Below are positions 1 to 10,782 of a stretch of DNA of 64,000 bases, piece by piece. The stretch covers positions 44,233 to 108,232 of the forward strand of contig CACALC010000001.1 of NCBI GenBank assembly GCA_902533225.1. The letters are read 5' to 3'. The position numbers and the translations under genes were made by a program. How positions within the stretch are numbered: position 1 is the first letter of the stretch; each line of letters starts with the position of its first letter. Below the pieces are notes generated by a model that did no database searches, was not told where the DNA came from, and saw only the letters and a program-made list of their open reading frames with translations. The stretch comes from an uncultured SAR116 cluster alpha proteobacterium. Its GTDB lineage: Bacteria > Pseudomonadota > Alphaproteobacteria > Puniceispirillales > Marisalimonadaceae.

Positions 1-1
1 A

Positions 2-547
2 AACTCTATTAATCTAATTAGTAAAAATACTTTGGATAATATTTGGGAAAGACATTTTCTAGATTCAGCACAATTATATAAAATCACAAAAGATTTTAAA
101 GGAAATATTATTGATTTTGGATCAGGTGCAGGTTTTCCTGGTTTGATATTAGCAATGATGGGTCATAAAAAAATCCATCTAGTTGAATCAGACCAAAAAA
201 AATGTACTTTTTTACGTGAAGTTAGCATGCTCTCTGAAACAAATATTACAGTTCATAACAGTAGAATTGAAAATTTAGAATATTTTGATGTAGAACTTAT
301 TACTGCTAGAGCTTTAGCCCCACTAAATAAGTTGATAGATTATGCAGAATCTTTCGTAAACAAATCTTCAACTAAAAACAAACCCCTTAAGATGTTGTTT
401 TTAAAGGGTAAATCATACAGGCAAGAAATTTCAAACTTAATTCAAAAGCAAGATTTTTCTATTGAAGAATTCCAATCAATTACAGATAAATGTGGTAAAA
501 TTTTATACATTAATAAAAGAAATATGTTAAACATTAGGAATGAATAA
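2..547 (+). CDS. rsmG: 16S rRNA m7G527 methyltransferase, 5'-truncated by the window edge
   Basis: Frame open from position 2 (NSINLISKNTLDNIWERHFLDS); DFGSGAGFPG SAM motif; ITARALAPL; directly upstream of parA. Confidence 0.95.
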   Translation, partial: NSINLISKNTLDNIWERHFLDSAQLYKITKDFKGNIIDFGSGAGFPGLILAMMGHKKIHLVESDQKKCTFLREVSMLSETNITVHNSRIENLEYFDVELITARALAPLNKLIDYAESFVNKSSTKNKPLKMLFLKGKSYRQEISNLIQKQDFSIEEFQSITDKCGKILYINKRNMLNIRNE

Positions 548-1334
548 TAAGCTTAATCAAATAATTGCAGTTGCCAACCAAAAGGGTGGTGTAGGCAAAA
601 CAACCACAGTTGTCAATTTAGCTACTGCCATGGCAGCTTGTGATAAGAAAACATTAATTATTGATTCTGATCCCCAAGGTAATGCTAGTACAGGTTTTGG
701 TGTTAAATATAACGAAAGAGATAAAGATTTATACTCTATAATCTGTGGAAAAATAAATATTAATAGTGCAATAAAGTCTACTATGATCCCTAAACTTGAT
801 ATAATTCCTACATCGCCCAATTTATCTGTTCTCGAACAAGAATTAGTTGATGTACAAGAAAGAGAGTATAAAGTTCAGAGTTTATTAAATAGGATAAAAA
901 ATAGCTATGATTATATCTTTATAGACTGTCCGCCATCATTAGGGTTACTTACATTAAATGCATTATGCGCTGCAAGAAGTCTTATAATTCCGTTACAAAC
1001 AGAATATTATGCATTAGAAGGATTGTCGCAGCTTATCAGTACGTTAGAATCCGTTAAAGGTAATTTTAACAAAGATATTGAATTAAAGGGTATATTATTG
1101 ACTATGTATGATAAAAGGAACAAGATTTGTGAAATGGTATCAAATGATGTTAAAAATCATTTTAATAACAAGGTTTTTAAAACTGTTATTCCAAGAAATG
1201 TTAGAGTTTCTGAAGCTCCGAGTTATGGACAACCAGTTTTGATGTATGATATTTCTTGCCCTGGATCTCAAGCTTATGCATCTCTTGCGGGTGAAATTAT
1301 AAATCAAGAAAATATTTACAATGAAAAAAAATAA
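540..1334 (+). CDS. parA: Chromosome partitioning ATPase ParA/Soj
   Basis: Deviant Walker A NQKGGVGKTT, DSDPQGN, IDCPPSLG, EYYALEG. Confidence 0.97.
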   Translation: MNNKLNQIIAVANQKGGVGKTTTVVNLATAMAACDKKTLIIDSDPQGNASTGFGVKYNERDKDLYSIICGKININSAIKSTMIPKLDIIPTSPNLSVLEQELVDVQEREYKVQSLLNRIKNSYDYIFIDCPPSLGLLTLNALCAARSLIIPLQTEYYALEGLSQLISTLESVKGNFNKDIELKGILLTMYDKRNKICEMVSNDVKNHFNNKVFKTVIPRNVRVSEAPSYGQPVLMYDISCPGSQAYASLAGEIINQENIYNEKK

Positions 1335-2199
1335 AATTACTAAAACTAGTGGATTAGGAAGCGGTCTCTCAAGTTTACTCGGAAGTGAATTTGAAAAAAA
1401 ATCAATTTTATCTGAAAATATCCCTGAAGAGTATAAAATGGTTCCAATAGAGTTTATAGAACCTGGACCATGGCAACCAAGAAAAATATTTGACAAAAAG
1501 GAACTAGAATCTTTATCAAAATCAATTAAAAATCAAGGCGTCATTCAGCCTATAATTTTAAAAACTAGGGACGACAAAAGAAAGCATTATTATCTTATAG
1601 CCGGAGAAAGAAGATGGAGAGCATGTCAGTTAGCTAAAATTCACGAAATACCTTCAATTATAAGAGATGATATAGACAACAAAAAAATTGCGGAATTTTC
1701 TTTAGTAGAAAACATTCAAAGATCGGAGTTAAATCCAATAGAAGAGGCTGAAGGTTACCAATCTTTAATAGAAAAATATAACTATACACAAGAAGAAATT
1801 TCCAAAGCGGTAGGTAAATCTCGTCCTTACATTGCTAATATTTTAAGGTTACAGGCATTGTCAGATCTTGCAAAAGAATTTCTAACACAGGAAAAGTTAA
1901 CTGTTGGTCAAATAAGACCTCTTATTGGACATAATTATACGGATAGTTTACTTGAATTAATTTATAAAAATAATTTATCTTCACGACAAGTTGAAACACT
2001 CGTAAAAAAGCAAAATAAAAAATTACCTTTATCTAAAAATAATGATTTAGATATTTTAGAATTAGAAAAAGAGATTTTAGAGATTATCGGTATTAAAGCG
2101 AAGATTAATTTTGATAACATAAAAGAAAAGGGAAATATAAAATTAGAATGTAATAGCCTATCTGAATTTAATTATGTATTAAAAAAAATTAAGTCCTAG
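1321..2199 (+). CDS. parB: Chromosome partitioning CTPase ParB/Spo0J
   Basis: QPRK, GVIQPI, IAGERRWRA, ENIQR, HTH VGKSRPYIANILRL. Confidence 0.97.
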   Translation: MKKNKITKTSGLGSGLSSLLGSEFEKKSILSENIPEEYKMVPIEFIEPGPWQPRKIFDKKELESLSKSIKNQGVIQPIILKTRDDKRKHYYLIAGERRWRACQLAKIHEIPSIIRDDIDNKKIAEFSLVENIQRSELNPIEEAEGYQSLIEKYNYTQEEISKAVGKSRPYIANILRLQALSDLAKEFLTQEKLTVGQIRPLIGHNYTDSLLELIYKNNLSSRQVETLVKKQNKKLPLSKNNDLDILELEKEILEIIGIKAKINFDNIKEKGNIKLECNSLSEFNYVLKKIKS

Positions 2200-3232
2200 C
2201 TTTTTTTTTAGCTAACACAGAGACTGATAATATAAACTGAGATAGTAAAGTTTTTTCGGGATATAAGCCTGTCTTTGTTTTTAATTCAAGATCGATTAGT
2301 CTTTTTTGAATATAGCTAATTTTTTTGTATGACCACAATTTGCATTGATACAGAAAAAAAGGCTTGTCTTTAAAAAAAATAGGTGGCTTCAAATTATCTA
2401 CAGCAATTGAAAAGCTCTTTTCATGTTGACTTAATAAAAGAATTTTCTCAATAGTTTTGAAATGTTTACCAAACATTCTAATAAGTACAATATTACTATT
2501 TGATTTCTCATAAATTTTATCTAAATAAAATAAGGAGTCTTTAGTCTCTCCATTTAAACATGTTTTTACAATTTGAGTTAAATTTATATCCTCACTACTT
2601 GTAATAAATTTAGTAAGTGAGTTTTCAGAGACATTAGTATTGTTTGTTAGAAAATTATCTAACTTTTCAATTTCCATTTTGTTAGATAATGAGTCCGAGC
2701 TAAATTTGGTACTTAAATGAAGTATAAAATCATTAGAGAAAGAAAGCTTATGTTTTAAAAACAAATTTTTTATTTCACTTTTAATTTTATTACTATTTTC
2801 TTCATAACAGGGTGTTACAATACTATTATTTAATTTTTCAAAATGCTTCACTAATTTATGTTGAGCACCTATATTACCTGTTTTTATAATAAGTACATAG
2901 TTCAAGTCTTCATTAAAGACAGTGTCTAAAATAATATTTTCAATATGTTTGTTAATCGTTACATGTAATAAATCTAATAAGATAAATTTCTTTTCAAAAA
3001 AAATACTTAATGTGTTAATATTATCTTCTAAAATAGATGGATTTTCTTTAAATTCACTTCCATTAATTTTAGAAACATTAAAAGGATCAGTTATATTAAT
3101 ATTCAATAATTCAATAGATTTGTTGTATAATAATTCTACTAAACCAAAATTAGATCCATATAAAAAAATTATTTTATTTTTTTGGTAATTATTTTTTATA
3201 TAATCTTCGAAATTTTCAGACTTAATTTTCAA
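2189..3232 (-). CDS. holA: DNA polymerase III delta subunit
   Basis: IFLYGSNFGLV N-terminus, KPPIFFK motif; leuS-lptE-holA synteny. Confidence 0.9.
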   Translation of the reverse strand: MKIKSENFEDYIKNNYQKNKIIFLYGSNFGLVELLYNKSIELLNINITDPFNVSKINGSEFKENPSILEDNINTLSIFFEKKFILLDLLHVTINKHIENIILDTVFNEDLNYVLIIKTGNIGAQHKLVKHFEKLNNSIVTPCYEENSNKIKSEIKNLFLKHKLSFSNDFILHLSTKFSSDSLSNKMEIEKLDNFLTNNTNVSENSLTKFITSSEDINLTQIVKTCLNGETKDSLFYLDKIYEKSNSNIVLIRMFGKHFKTIEKILLLSQHEKSFSIAVDNLKPPIFFKDKPFFLYQCKLWSYKKISYIQKRLIDLELKTKTGLYPEKTLLSQFILSVSVLAKKKART

Positions 3233-3711
3233 TCTAATTTTCTTAGTATTACTTTTGTTAATAAATAAAGTTTATTGGCTGAACTTTGGCTCAATCTTTC
3301 CTTAATATGTTTTAAACTCTCTTCATTACTATAGAGTGAATTAGAAGAAGAACTTAATGCAGGAAAAGTTTTAATTGAGCCAGACTTAATCAAAGTATTT
3401 GAACTATTATCTACTAGTGAGTACCTAACAACAGCTTTAGTTGAATTAAGTACTGGTAAACCGCTTACTGACATTGTTTCATTGGAATTAAAAGAAATAT
3501 CAGCCTTTAAAATAAAGCTAGGTTTGAGGTTTTTTTTATTATCGAATTTTCTTTTTAAATACTCTTTGAAAATGACATTGTATCTATCACTTGGCGTCTC
3601 AATAGATACAGTTCTTAAATTAATAGAGTTTATTTCATTAATATTAGTGGAAGTACAACCTAAAGTAATTATGAGAAGTAAAAAAACAAAAATTTTCTTT
3701 ATGAAAAACAT
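3229..3711 (-). CDS. lptE: LPS assembly lipoprotein LptE-like
   Basis: Lipobox ITLGC; located between leuS and holA. Confidence 0.7.
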   Translation of the reverse strand: MFFIKKIFVFLLLIITLGCTSTNINEINSINLRTVSIETPSDRYNVIFKEYLKRKFDNKKNLKPSFILKADISFNSNETMSVSGLPVLNSTKAVVRYSLVDNSSNTLIKSGSIKTFPALSSSSNSLYSNEESLKHIKERLSQSSANKLYLLTKVILRKLD

Positions 3712-3724
3712 GCCTAACTCTATA

Positions 3725-6247
3725 TTAAATTACAAAGTTTACAATACGATTAGGTACTATAATAATTTTTTTAGGGGTGCCATTTAAAAATTTTAATATA
3801 TTCTTTTCTTTTAAGGCTATTTGTTTTAACTGATCATTATTCAAATCTTTTTGAACTTCAACGATTGCTCTCATTTTTCCATTAACTTGAACTGGTATTT
3901 TTATTATATCTTTTTCCTCAAAGGATTTATCAGCTATAGGCCAGCTTGCATTAGCAATTAAAACTTTTTCATTTAAATTTTCCCATAATGCCTCAGCAAT
4001 ATGAGGCACCATAGGGTTGATTAGAATTAACAACTTTTTCACATTATGTAAGATAACACTCTTGTCATCATTATTTAATATTTTAAATGATGAAATGGCA
4101 TTAAATAAACTTCTTATTGACGCTACAGCAATATTGAAATGAAAATCATCAATAGATTTTGTGACTTCTTTTATAGTTGTATTTAAAGTTGCTAGTAACT
4201 CTCTATGTGATTTTGAAAAGTTAGTAGGAAGATTATCGTCTATATTTTCTATTTCTAAGTTATTAACAAAGTTCCATAATTTATTTAAGAAGCGCCACGA
4301 ACCTTCTATGCCTGAATCTGACCATTCCATATCTCTATTAGGTGGAGAATCAGAAAGCATAAAAAATCTTGCAGTATCTGCACCATAAGTTTGAATTATT
4401 TGTTGAGGGTCAATAACATTTTTTTTGGATTTACTCATTTTTTCAATTCTTCCTGCGATAACTTTTTCTTTTGTATTTATATGGAAGAATGTATTATTTT
4501 CTTTTGTTACTTCTTTAGGAAAAAGCCATTTTTCTTTTTGAGTTTTAAAAGTTTGATGGCAAACCATACCCTGTGTCTGTAAGGAATTAAAGGGTTCTTT
4601 TAAGTCAATTGTTTTTACAAACTTCAAAGCTCGCATAAAAAATCTTGAATAAAGCAGATGCATTACAGCATGTTCTACACCGCCTATATATTGGTCAACT
4701 GGCATCCAATATTTAAATGCTTCATCAGTAAATGCCCTAGAAGGATTTAAATCTGTAAATCTAGCAAAATACCAACTAGATTCAAAAAAAGTGTCAAATG
4801 TATCAGTTTCTCTAGTAGCATCTTGATTACATTTTGGACATCTTGTGTTTTTCCAAGTAGGATGAGATGCTAAGGGATTACCTTTTATATCAAAATTTAT
4901 GTCTTCTGGGAGGCTAATAGGGAGTTGGTCTTCAGGTATAGGCACCTCACCACAATTGCTACAAAACACTATGGGTATAGGGCACCCCCAATATCTTTGT
5001 CTAGATACTCCCCAGTCTCGAATTCTATAAGTTACAGTTTCTTTTCCAATTCCTAATTTCTGTAATTCCTTTATACTTAAATCAATAGCCTCCTTTGTAT
5101 CTAACCCGTTTAAAAATTCGGAATTAATGTGTAAGCCATCTCCTGTGTAAGGAAGAATATTGTCATTTTCAACTACAGGTATAATATCTAAAGAGTATTT
5201 TCTAGCAAAATCATAATCTCTTTGGTCATGTGCCGGACAGCCAAAAATAGCCCCAGTTCCGTAATCCATCAATATAAAATTTGCAATATAGATTTTTAAA
5301 CTTATCCCTTTTTTAAAGGGATGTGAGACAGTAAAGCTTGTTTCATAACCTAATTTATCAGCTTTCTCTAGATCTTCTGCTTTGTTAGATTGTTTTTCGC
5401 AAAGCTTTATAAAATTTTTGGCTTTGTTGTCATTTATAGCAATTTTTATTGACAATGGATGTTGTGGAGAAATAGCTATAAAAGTTGCACCAAAAATTGT
5501 ATCTGGCCTAGTAGTAAAAATTTCAACCTTATCGTCTGAATTATTTATTGAGAAACTTATAGTGGCACCACTGCTTTTACCAATCCAATTTCTTTGCATA
5601 ACTTTAACTCTATCAGGCCATTCCTTTAAGTTATCTATTTCTCTGAGTAAGTCTTCAGCAAAGTCAGAAATTTTAAGGAACCACCCTTTCATTTTCTTTT
5701 TTTCTACTTCTGCACCTGAACGCCACCCACGTCCGTCAACAACCTGTTCATTGGCTAGGACCGTCTGTTCCATAGGATCCCAATTAACAATTGTTTCTTT
5801 TTTATAGGCAATTCCTGCCTTATAAAAATCTAAAAACATTTTTTGTTCAAATTTATAATAATCCGGATTACAAGTCGCAAATTCCCTGTCCCAGTCGTAA
5901 GACAAACCCATTTGTTTGAGCTGATTTTTCATAATTTCGATATTTGAGTAGGTCCATTTAGATGGAAGGGTGTTATTTTCAATTGCTGCATTTTCAGCTG
6001 GTAATCCAAAAGCATCCCATCCCATAGGATGAAGAACATTAAAACCTTGAGCCTTCTTATATCGGGCAACAAGATCTCCTAAAGTGTAATTACGAACATG
6101 TCCCATGTGTATCGCTCCTGATGGATATGGGAACATCTCTAATACATAGTATTTAGGTTTTTTATAATCTATTTTGGCTTTAAAGATATTTAAATCAGCC
6201 CATTTCTCTTGCCATTTTTTTTCAATTAAAGAAGGGTTGTATTTCAT
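3725..6247 (-). CDS. leuS: Leucine--tRNA ligase
   Basis: MFPYPSG/HMGH, TTRPDT editing domain, KMSKS. Confidence 0.99.
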   Translation of the reverse strand: MKYNPSLIEKKWQEKWADLNIFKAKIDYKKPKYYVLEMFPYPSGAIHMGHVRNYTLGDLVARYKKAQGFNVLHPMGWDAFGLPAENAAIENNTLPSKWTYSNIEIMKNQLKQMGLSYDWDREFATCNPDYYKFEQKMFLDFYKAGIAYKKETIVNWDPMEQTVLANEQVVDGRGWRSGAEVEKKKMKGWFLKISDFAEDLLREIDNLKEWPDRVKVMQRNWIGKSSGATISFSINNSDDKVEIFTTRPDTIFGATFIAISPQHPLSIKIAINDNKAKNFIKLCEKQSNKAEDLEKADKLGYETSFTVSHPFKKGISLKIYIANFILMDYGTGAIFGCPAHDQRDYDFARKYSLDIIPVVENDNILPYTGDGLHINSEFLNGLDTKEAIDLSIKELQKLGIGKETVTYRIRDWGVSRQRYWGCPIPIVFCSNCGEVPIPEDQLPISLPEDINFDIKGNPLASHPTWKNTRCPKCNQDATRETDTFDTFFESSWYFARFTDLNPSRAFTDEAFKYWMPVDQYIGGVEHAVMHLLYSRFFMRALKFVKTIDLKEPFNSLQTQGMVCHQTFKTQKEKWLFPKEVTKENNTFFHINTKEKVIAGRIEKMSKSKKNVIDPQQIIQTYGADTARFFMLSDSPPNRDMEWSDSGIEGSWRFLNKLWNFVNNLEIENIDDNLPTNFSKSHRELLATLNTTIKEVTKSIDDFHFNIAVASIRSLFNAISSFKILNNDDKSVILHNVKKLLILINPMVPHIAEALWENLNEKVLIANASWPIADKSFEEKDIIKIPVQVNGKMRAIVEVQKDLNNDQLKQIALKEKNILKFLNGTPKKIIIVPNRIVNFVI

Positions 6248-6252
6248 ATTTT

Positions 6253-6756
6253 TTATTTGCTAATAGTATTGATTCTATTATTTCGCGCTTCGTTTAAAAT
6301 ATTATTTTCAATTTGAGAAGCTAAATTACCATCAGTGTATGTATCACCCCAAATGCCATCTTTTAATTTCTGGACATGTACTTTAATACTTATACCGTCT
6401 GATCTTAATTCACTAGTTTTAATATAAGCCATAATTTTTATTCTTTTATTTTTAATATGCTTATAAGTGTACCAGTCAGTTATTATTGTACCACCCAATG
6501 CATCAGTGGATATTAAAGGTGCCACTGATAAAATATTAAGTGATGCTTTCCATAAATATGCATTAATATTAATGTAAGTATTTTCTTTTTCATTTTTACC
6601 TAAAATGTCAGTAAGGGAAATTCCTTTTTCAGCATCCTTTGAGAATATACCAGGATTGGACTTTTTACCTGTAATAGGATTACTTACGATAGTTTTATTA
6701 CTTGAGCATGAAGTTATAAATGCGAAGAAGAGAATCAAAATATATTTTATTATCAT
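6253..6756 (-). CDS. DUF3576-family lipoprotein
   Basis: Lipobox ITSC; NAYLWKASL and GGTIITDWY motifs; usual position between porin and leuS in alphaproteobacteria. Confidence 0.85.
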   Translation of the reverse strand: MIIKYILILFFAFITSCSSNKTIVSNPITGKKSNPGIFSKDAEKGISLTDILGKNEKENTYININAYLWKASLNILSVAPLISTDALGGTIITDWYTYKHIKNKRIKIMAYIKTSELRSDGISIKVHVQKLKDGIWGDTYTDGNLASQIENNILNEARNNRINTISK

Positions 6757-6826
6757 GAATGCTAACCTTAATAACTTTATGTTAAACTTTTATCAGCATT
6801 TCACAATACATCAATAAAATTATAAT

Positions 6827-6851
6827 AAAAAAGGGCGACCTCGGTCGCCCT
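6827..6851 (-). terminator. Rho-independent terminator of the porin gene
   Basis: GC-rich inverted repeat AGGGCGACC-TC-GGTCGCCCT followed on the minus strand by a T run, ~22 nt after the porin stop. Confidence 0.9.
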
Positions 6852-6873
6852 ATGAATTATAATATTAAAGTAA

Positions 6874-7833
6874 TTAGAAGCTTGCTTTAATATTTAATGT
6901 TGTGATAGTTCCATTTTCGTCAGCACCACCGTTACCAGATGTACCACCTTCGTAGTCAAAATCTGAAACAGTTACTACAGCACTTAGACCTGAAGCAATA
7001 GGATAGATGGCTTCATAGTGATTAACGCTATATTCTTCACCAGTATCTATGTCATCTTCAGACTTAAATGTAGCTGCTGCAAGAGTCAGACCGTTACCTA
7101 GTGTGTACTTTGCACCAACGCCGTTACCACTATTATCTTCACCGGCTGCTTCATGTGTACCGTTTGATACTGTTACAGTTAAAGCACCCATGGCAACTGA
7201 AACACCAGTATTTGATCTGTCAGTGTCTTGGGCGTTAGCTACTTCAGCAGTTGAACCACTATGACCAATAGTTATAGTTGAACCTGCAGCTGCCATAGTA
7301 TATTTAAAACCATATTCACTAACGCTAGCTGTATCTGCTTCTTTATAAGAAACACCAGCTGTTAAACCACCCATTGCAGGTAAGTGAAAACTTACTCTAT
7401 CGCCGTTACCAGTATTTCCACCGCCTGATGAATCTTTTAATACTGAACCACCAGTTGCTTTACCGTCAGATTCTTCAGCAATAAGTCCTTGAGCATTAAC
7501 TGAGTATGCATCAGATGCACCATCAGTTTGTCCCATTACAATTTTACCAAAACCGCCAGAAACTGTAAGTGAGTTATCATCAATTCCACCACCAGCATCA
7601 CCGTCGATGTCCATGTTGTATGAAATTGTTAGTCCGCTGTCAGTTTTATTAGTAAAATCAATTAAAACCTCGTTAGCAGAAGACATACCTTTTGTGTCAT
7701 TGGCAGCTATGTTTGAATCAGAATCTGAATATTCAAATTCAACTGTACCAGTTATTGATAGATCAGCAAGGGCTGCAGAGCTCAGTAAAGCTGCTCCAGC
7801 TAGTGCAGAAGTAGAAAGTAAATATTTACGCAT
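6874..7833 (-). CDS. Outer membrane porin
   Basis: Signal peptide, Gly/Ser/Asp-rich amphipathic beta strands, SGGFGKIVMG motif, C-terminal Phe (IKASF). Confidence 0.9.
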   Translation of the reverse strand: MRKYLLSTSALAGAALLSSAALADLSITGTVEFEYSDSDSNIAANDTKGMSSANEVLIDFTNKTDSGLTISYNMDIDGDAGGGIDDNSLTVSGGFGKIVMGQTDGASDAYSVNAQGLIAEESDGKATGGSVLKDSSGGGNTGNGDRVSFHLPAMGGLTAGVSYKEADTASVSEYGFKYTMAAAGSTITIGHSGSTAEVANAQDTDRSNTGVSVAMGALTVTVSNGTHEAAGEDNSGNGVGAKYTLGNGLTLAAATFKSEDDIDTGEEYSVNHYEAIYPIASGLSAVVTVSDFDYEGGTSGNGGADENGTITTLNIKASF

Positions 7834-8056
7834 TGCGTATCCCCTTCATATATTGAGTTTTCCATTGTAGGAAAACAGTTAATTACATTTCAACCACAGA
7901 AATGTTTGTTTATATTTAATTTAAAATATGTGTAAAAACCAGCACAAATGATATAAATGTCACTTATTTCATTTTATTGTTGTATTTATGCAACATAATA
8001 AAAATTTTCATATTTTTATTATTATTGTTAAGATAAAAATTTGTGGAGAAACAATT

Positions 8057-8734
8057 TTGGAAAATGAAAATATTGAAAATAAAAGAAAAACTATATTGGA
8101 GTCTATTAAAATAGCACATAAAAACAGCAATTTTTCTTCATTGCCTTATCCACAACTAGTAGCAGTTTCAAAAAAACAAAAAGAACAAAAAATAGAATTA
8201 GCTATAAAATCTGGTCAAAAAATTTTTGGAGAAAATCGAGTTCAAGAGGCTCAACAAAGATGGCAAAAAAGAATAGAAATATATAATGACATAGAATTAA
8301 GGTTAATCGGCCCACTTCAAACTAATAAAGTAAAGCAAGCACTTAAACTGTTTAATATTATTGAAACAATTGACCGAGAGAAGTTAGCAAAGGAAATTGC
8401 TAAAAATTTCGGTTACGAATCAAAAACAAAAAGTTTTTATATTCAAGTTAATACAGGTTCTGAAAAACAAAAAAGTGGCTTATTACCAACAGAAATTGAT
8501 TCTTTTTTTGAATACTGCACCAAAGACTTAAAATTGCCTATAATCGGTTTAATGTGTATTCCACCGCAGAATGAAGATCCCGCAATGCATTTTGCATTTT
8601 TAAAAAAGATTGCCGATAGGAATAGTTTGTTTAAATTGTCTATGGGAATGAGTAATGACTACAAAGAAGCTATAAAGTTTGGTGCAACCTCAGTTAGGAT
8701 AGGTTCATTATTCTTTGGAGCCAGAGAATTTTGA
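8057..8734 (+). CDS. yggS: PLP homeostasis protein, YggS family
   Basis: LVAVSK, FGENRVQE, IGPLQTNK, LSMGMSND; likely TTG start at 8057 after GGAG (ORF track starts at 7988). Confidence 0.95.
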   Translation: MENENIENKRKTILESIKIAHKNSNFSSLPYPQLVAVSKKQKEQKIELAIKSGQKIFGENRVQEAQQRWQKRIEIYNDIELRLIGPLQTNKVKQALKLFNIIETIDREKLAKEIAKNFGYESKTKSFYIQVNTGSEKQKSGLLPTEIDSFFEYCTKDLKLPIIGLMCIPPQNEDPAMHFAFLKKIADRNSLFKLSMGMSNDYKEAIKFGATSVRIGSLFFGAREF

Positions 8735-9856
8735 TTATAAAATATGCCCCGATTTCTTAGACTTAGTACTAAGATAATTCTCATTATACTTATTTGGATT
8801 AATTTTAATTGGTATACGTTTCGTTACGTTTACACCTAACTTTTTTAAATGCGCCACTTTTTTTGGATTGTTGGTAATTAATTTAACTTTATTAATTTTT
8901 AACTGTGAGAGCATTTGTTTAGCTGGATAATATAGCCTCTCATCGTCATTAAATCCTAAATCCTGATTTGCTTCGACTGTATCCATTCCAGTTTCTTGCA
9001 GAGAATAAGCTCTAAGTTTATTTAATAAACCAATATCACGACCTTCTTGTGCTAGATAAATTAATACACCCTCATCTGCTTTTGCCATAATTTTAATAGA
9101 TTGCTTTAGTTGTTGGCCACAGTCACACTTTAGGCTGTCAAGAATATCTCCTGTAATGCACTGACTATGAACCCGTACCAAAGTCTCATTTTTAAATTTA
9201 TTATCAATTTCTCTTGTTTTTCCAAAAACTAAACAAAAATGTTCATCCCCGCCGTCTTGAGGTCTAAAAATAATAACTTCACAGTTTTCAGTTTCAGCAA
9301 TTGGAACTTTAGCTCTTACAGACATTACTAAACTCTCTGCACTTCTTTGCTCGTAAGACTTTATATCGTTCACATCAACATGTATAAAATTATTTTTAAA
9401 CGCCCATTGATTTATTTTTTCGGGAGCTACATTTGAAATAATGGACATTAGTCCAGCTGGAAGAAGTCTTGACTGTCTCAAGATTAATAAACAATAGGAG
9501 ATAATACTTGTATTATTTTCTGATATTACACCGTTTATATTTGGAATCTTGTGGCCAGTTAGTGGCATGCATAACGACAATATGTCATTCATTGTCCAAT
9601 TATTTTCAATTAAAATTGAACATGGTTGATTACTAACTTCTATACCAATTGCATTACAACGATTATTAGACAAAATAATATTAGGTCTAGACAAAGCAAG
9701 ATCAGATAGCTTGTTAATACTCTCTTTTTCTATTAATTCCGCCGACATTAGCAGGACGGAAGTTCCAAAACTGTTATTTGATATAACTACCTTACCGCCA
9801 CTTCTGAGCTCTGATATTGCTCTTTTCATTTTTAATGTTAGAGTTTTATTGTTCAT
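8735..9856 (-). CDS. ribA: GTP cyclohydrolase II with a degenerate N-terminal DHBP-synthase-like domain
   Basis: VRVHSQCITGD..SLKCDCG, QEGRDIGL, TNNPKK. Confidence 0.92.
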   Translation of the reverse strand: MNNKTLTLKMKRAISELRSGGKVVISNNSFGTSVLLMSAELIEKESINKLSDLALSRPNIILSNNRCNAIGIEVSNQPCSILIENNWTMNDILSLCMPLTGHKIPNINGVISENNTSIISYCLLILRQSRLLPAGLMSIISNVAPEKINQWAFKNNFIHVDVNDIKSYEQRSAESLVMSVRAKVPIAETENCEVIIFRPQDGGDEHFCLVFGKTREIDNKFKNETLVRVHSQCITGDILDSLKCDCGQQLKQSIKIMAKADEGVLIYLAQEGRDIGLLNKLRAYSLQETGMDTVEANQDLGFNDDERLYYPAKQMLSQLKINKVKLITNNPKKVAHLKKLGVNVTKRIPIKINPNKYNENYLSTKSKKSGHIL

Positions 9857-9909
9857 AATAATATGTTTTTAAAATTTTGTATTCACGATTTGCCACAAGG
9901 ATTGCATAT

Positions 9910-10593
9910 ATGGATAAAAATATCTCTATATTAATATATGAAAAAGAAAATCATTTAAACTCAATTTTGTATCAACAAGTATCTGATAATGATAATTATG
10001 ATACTTACACAGCTAATGATCAAATAAATTTGTCGAAATTGGTAAATGAAAAAAAATTTGATATTTGTATTTTTAATGTTGAAGATATAGAACCTATATT
10101 CAAAAATTTATCAAATGATCTTTTGGAAAAAAATCGCCATGTAGATATAGTTGGTTATTGTAATAAATTACTTTATAATAAATTTATAAATAATCTTAAT
10201 ATCACTTTAATTGAAAAACCCTTCAGATTGAAGTTCTTACTTGAAAAATTAGAATATATAAAATTAACGAAAAATAAGAGTAATAAGATTATTTTTATAA
10301 AACATATAGAATTTTTACCTAATAAAAAAATATTATTTAACCCTAAAACTAAAATTACAATACATCTGACCGAAAAAGAAAACTATCTTTTAAATTTCTT
10401 ATATAATAAAAGAAATTTAGAATTTACTAAAAATGACTTATTAATTGATGTATGGGGTGTAACTGAGAGAATTAATACACATACTTTAGAAACTCATTTG
10501 TATAGGTTAAAACAGAAGTTATTTAAATTAGATCCTAACCTAACATTTTCATTAATAAATCAAAATGGGCTATATACATTTGAATATTCATAA
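9910..10593 (+). CDS. OmpR-family winged-helix regulator with an atypical receiver domain
   Basis: LTEKE, LLIDVWG, THTLETHLYRLKQK; KPF at the end of the receiver. Confidence 0.85.
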   Translation: MDKNISILIYEKENHLNSILYQQVSDNDNYDTYTANDQINLSKLVNEKKFDICIFNVEDIEPIFKNLSNDLLEKNRHVDIVGYCNKLLYNKFINNLNITLIEKPFRLKFLLEKLEYIKLTKNKSNKIIFIKHIEFLPNKKILFNPKTKITIHLTEKENYLLNFLYNKRNLEFTKNDLLIDVWGVTERINTHTLETHLYRLKQKLFKLDPNLTFSLINQNGLYTFEYS

Positions 10594-10685
10594 TATCTAT
10601 TAAAAAATATACAATTAAAATATGAAGGTATTAACCAAAGGTTTCTCATGAGAAACTAAAATTTATAAACTAGATTATTGAATTT

Positions 10686-10760
10686 TGGCTGGGGCGGTAG
10701 GATTCGAACCTACGGTACACGAGATCAAAACCCGATGCCTTACCACTTGGCTACACCCCA
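10686..10760 (-). tRNA. tRNA-Gln (UUG)
   Basis: Reverse complement TGGGGTGTAGCCAAGTGGTAAGGCA...TTTTGAT...GGTTCGAATCC...GCCA; anticodon TTG; encoded CCA. Confidence 0.96.
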
Positions 10761-10782
10761 ATTGTATATTGAATTACATTAT

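Noticed and set aside
8735-9856. Degenerate N-terminal domain of RibA as a novelty
   Set aside because: This architecture is common in alphaproteobacteria
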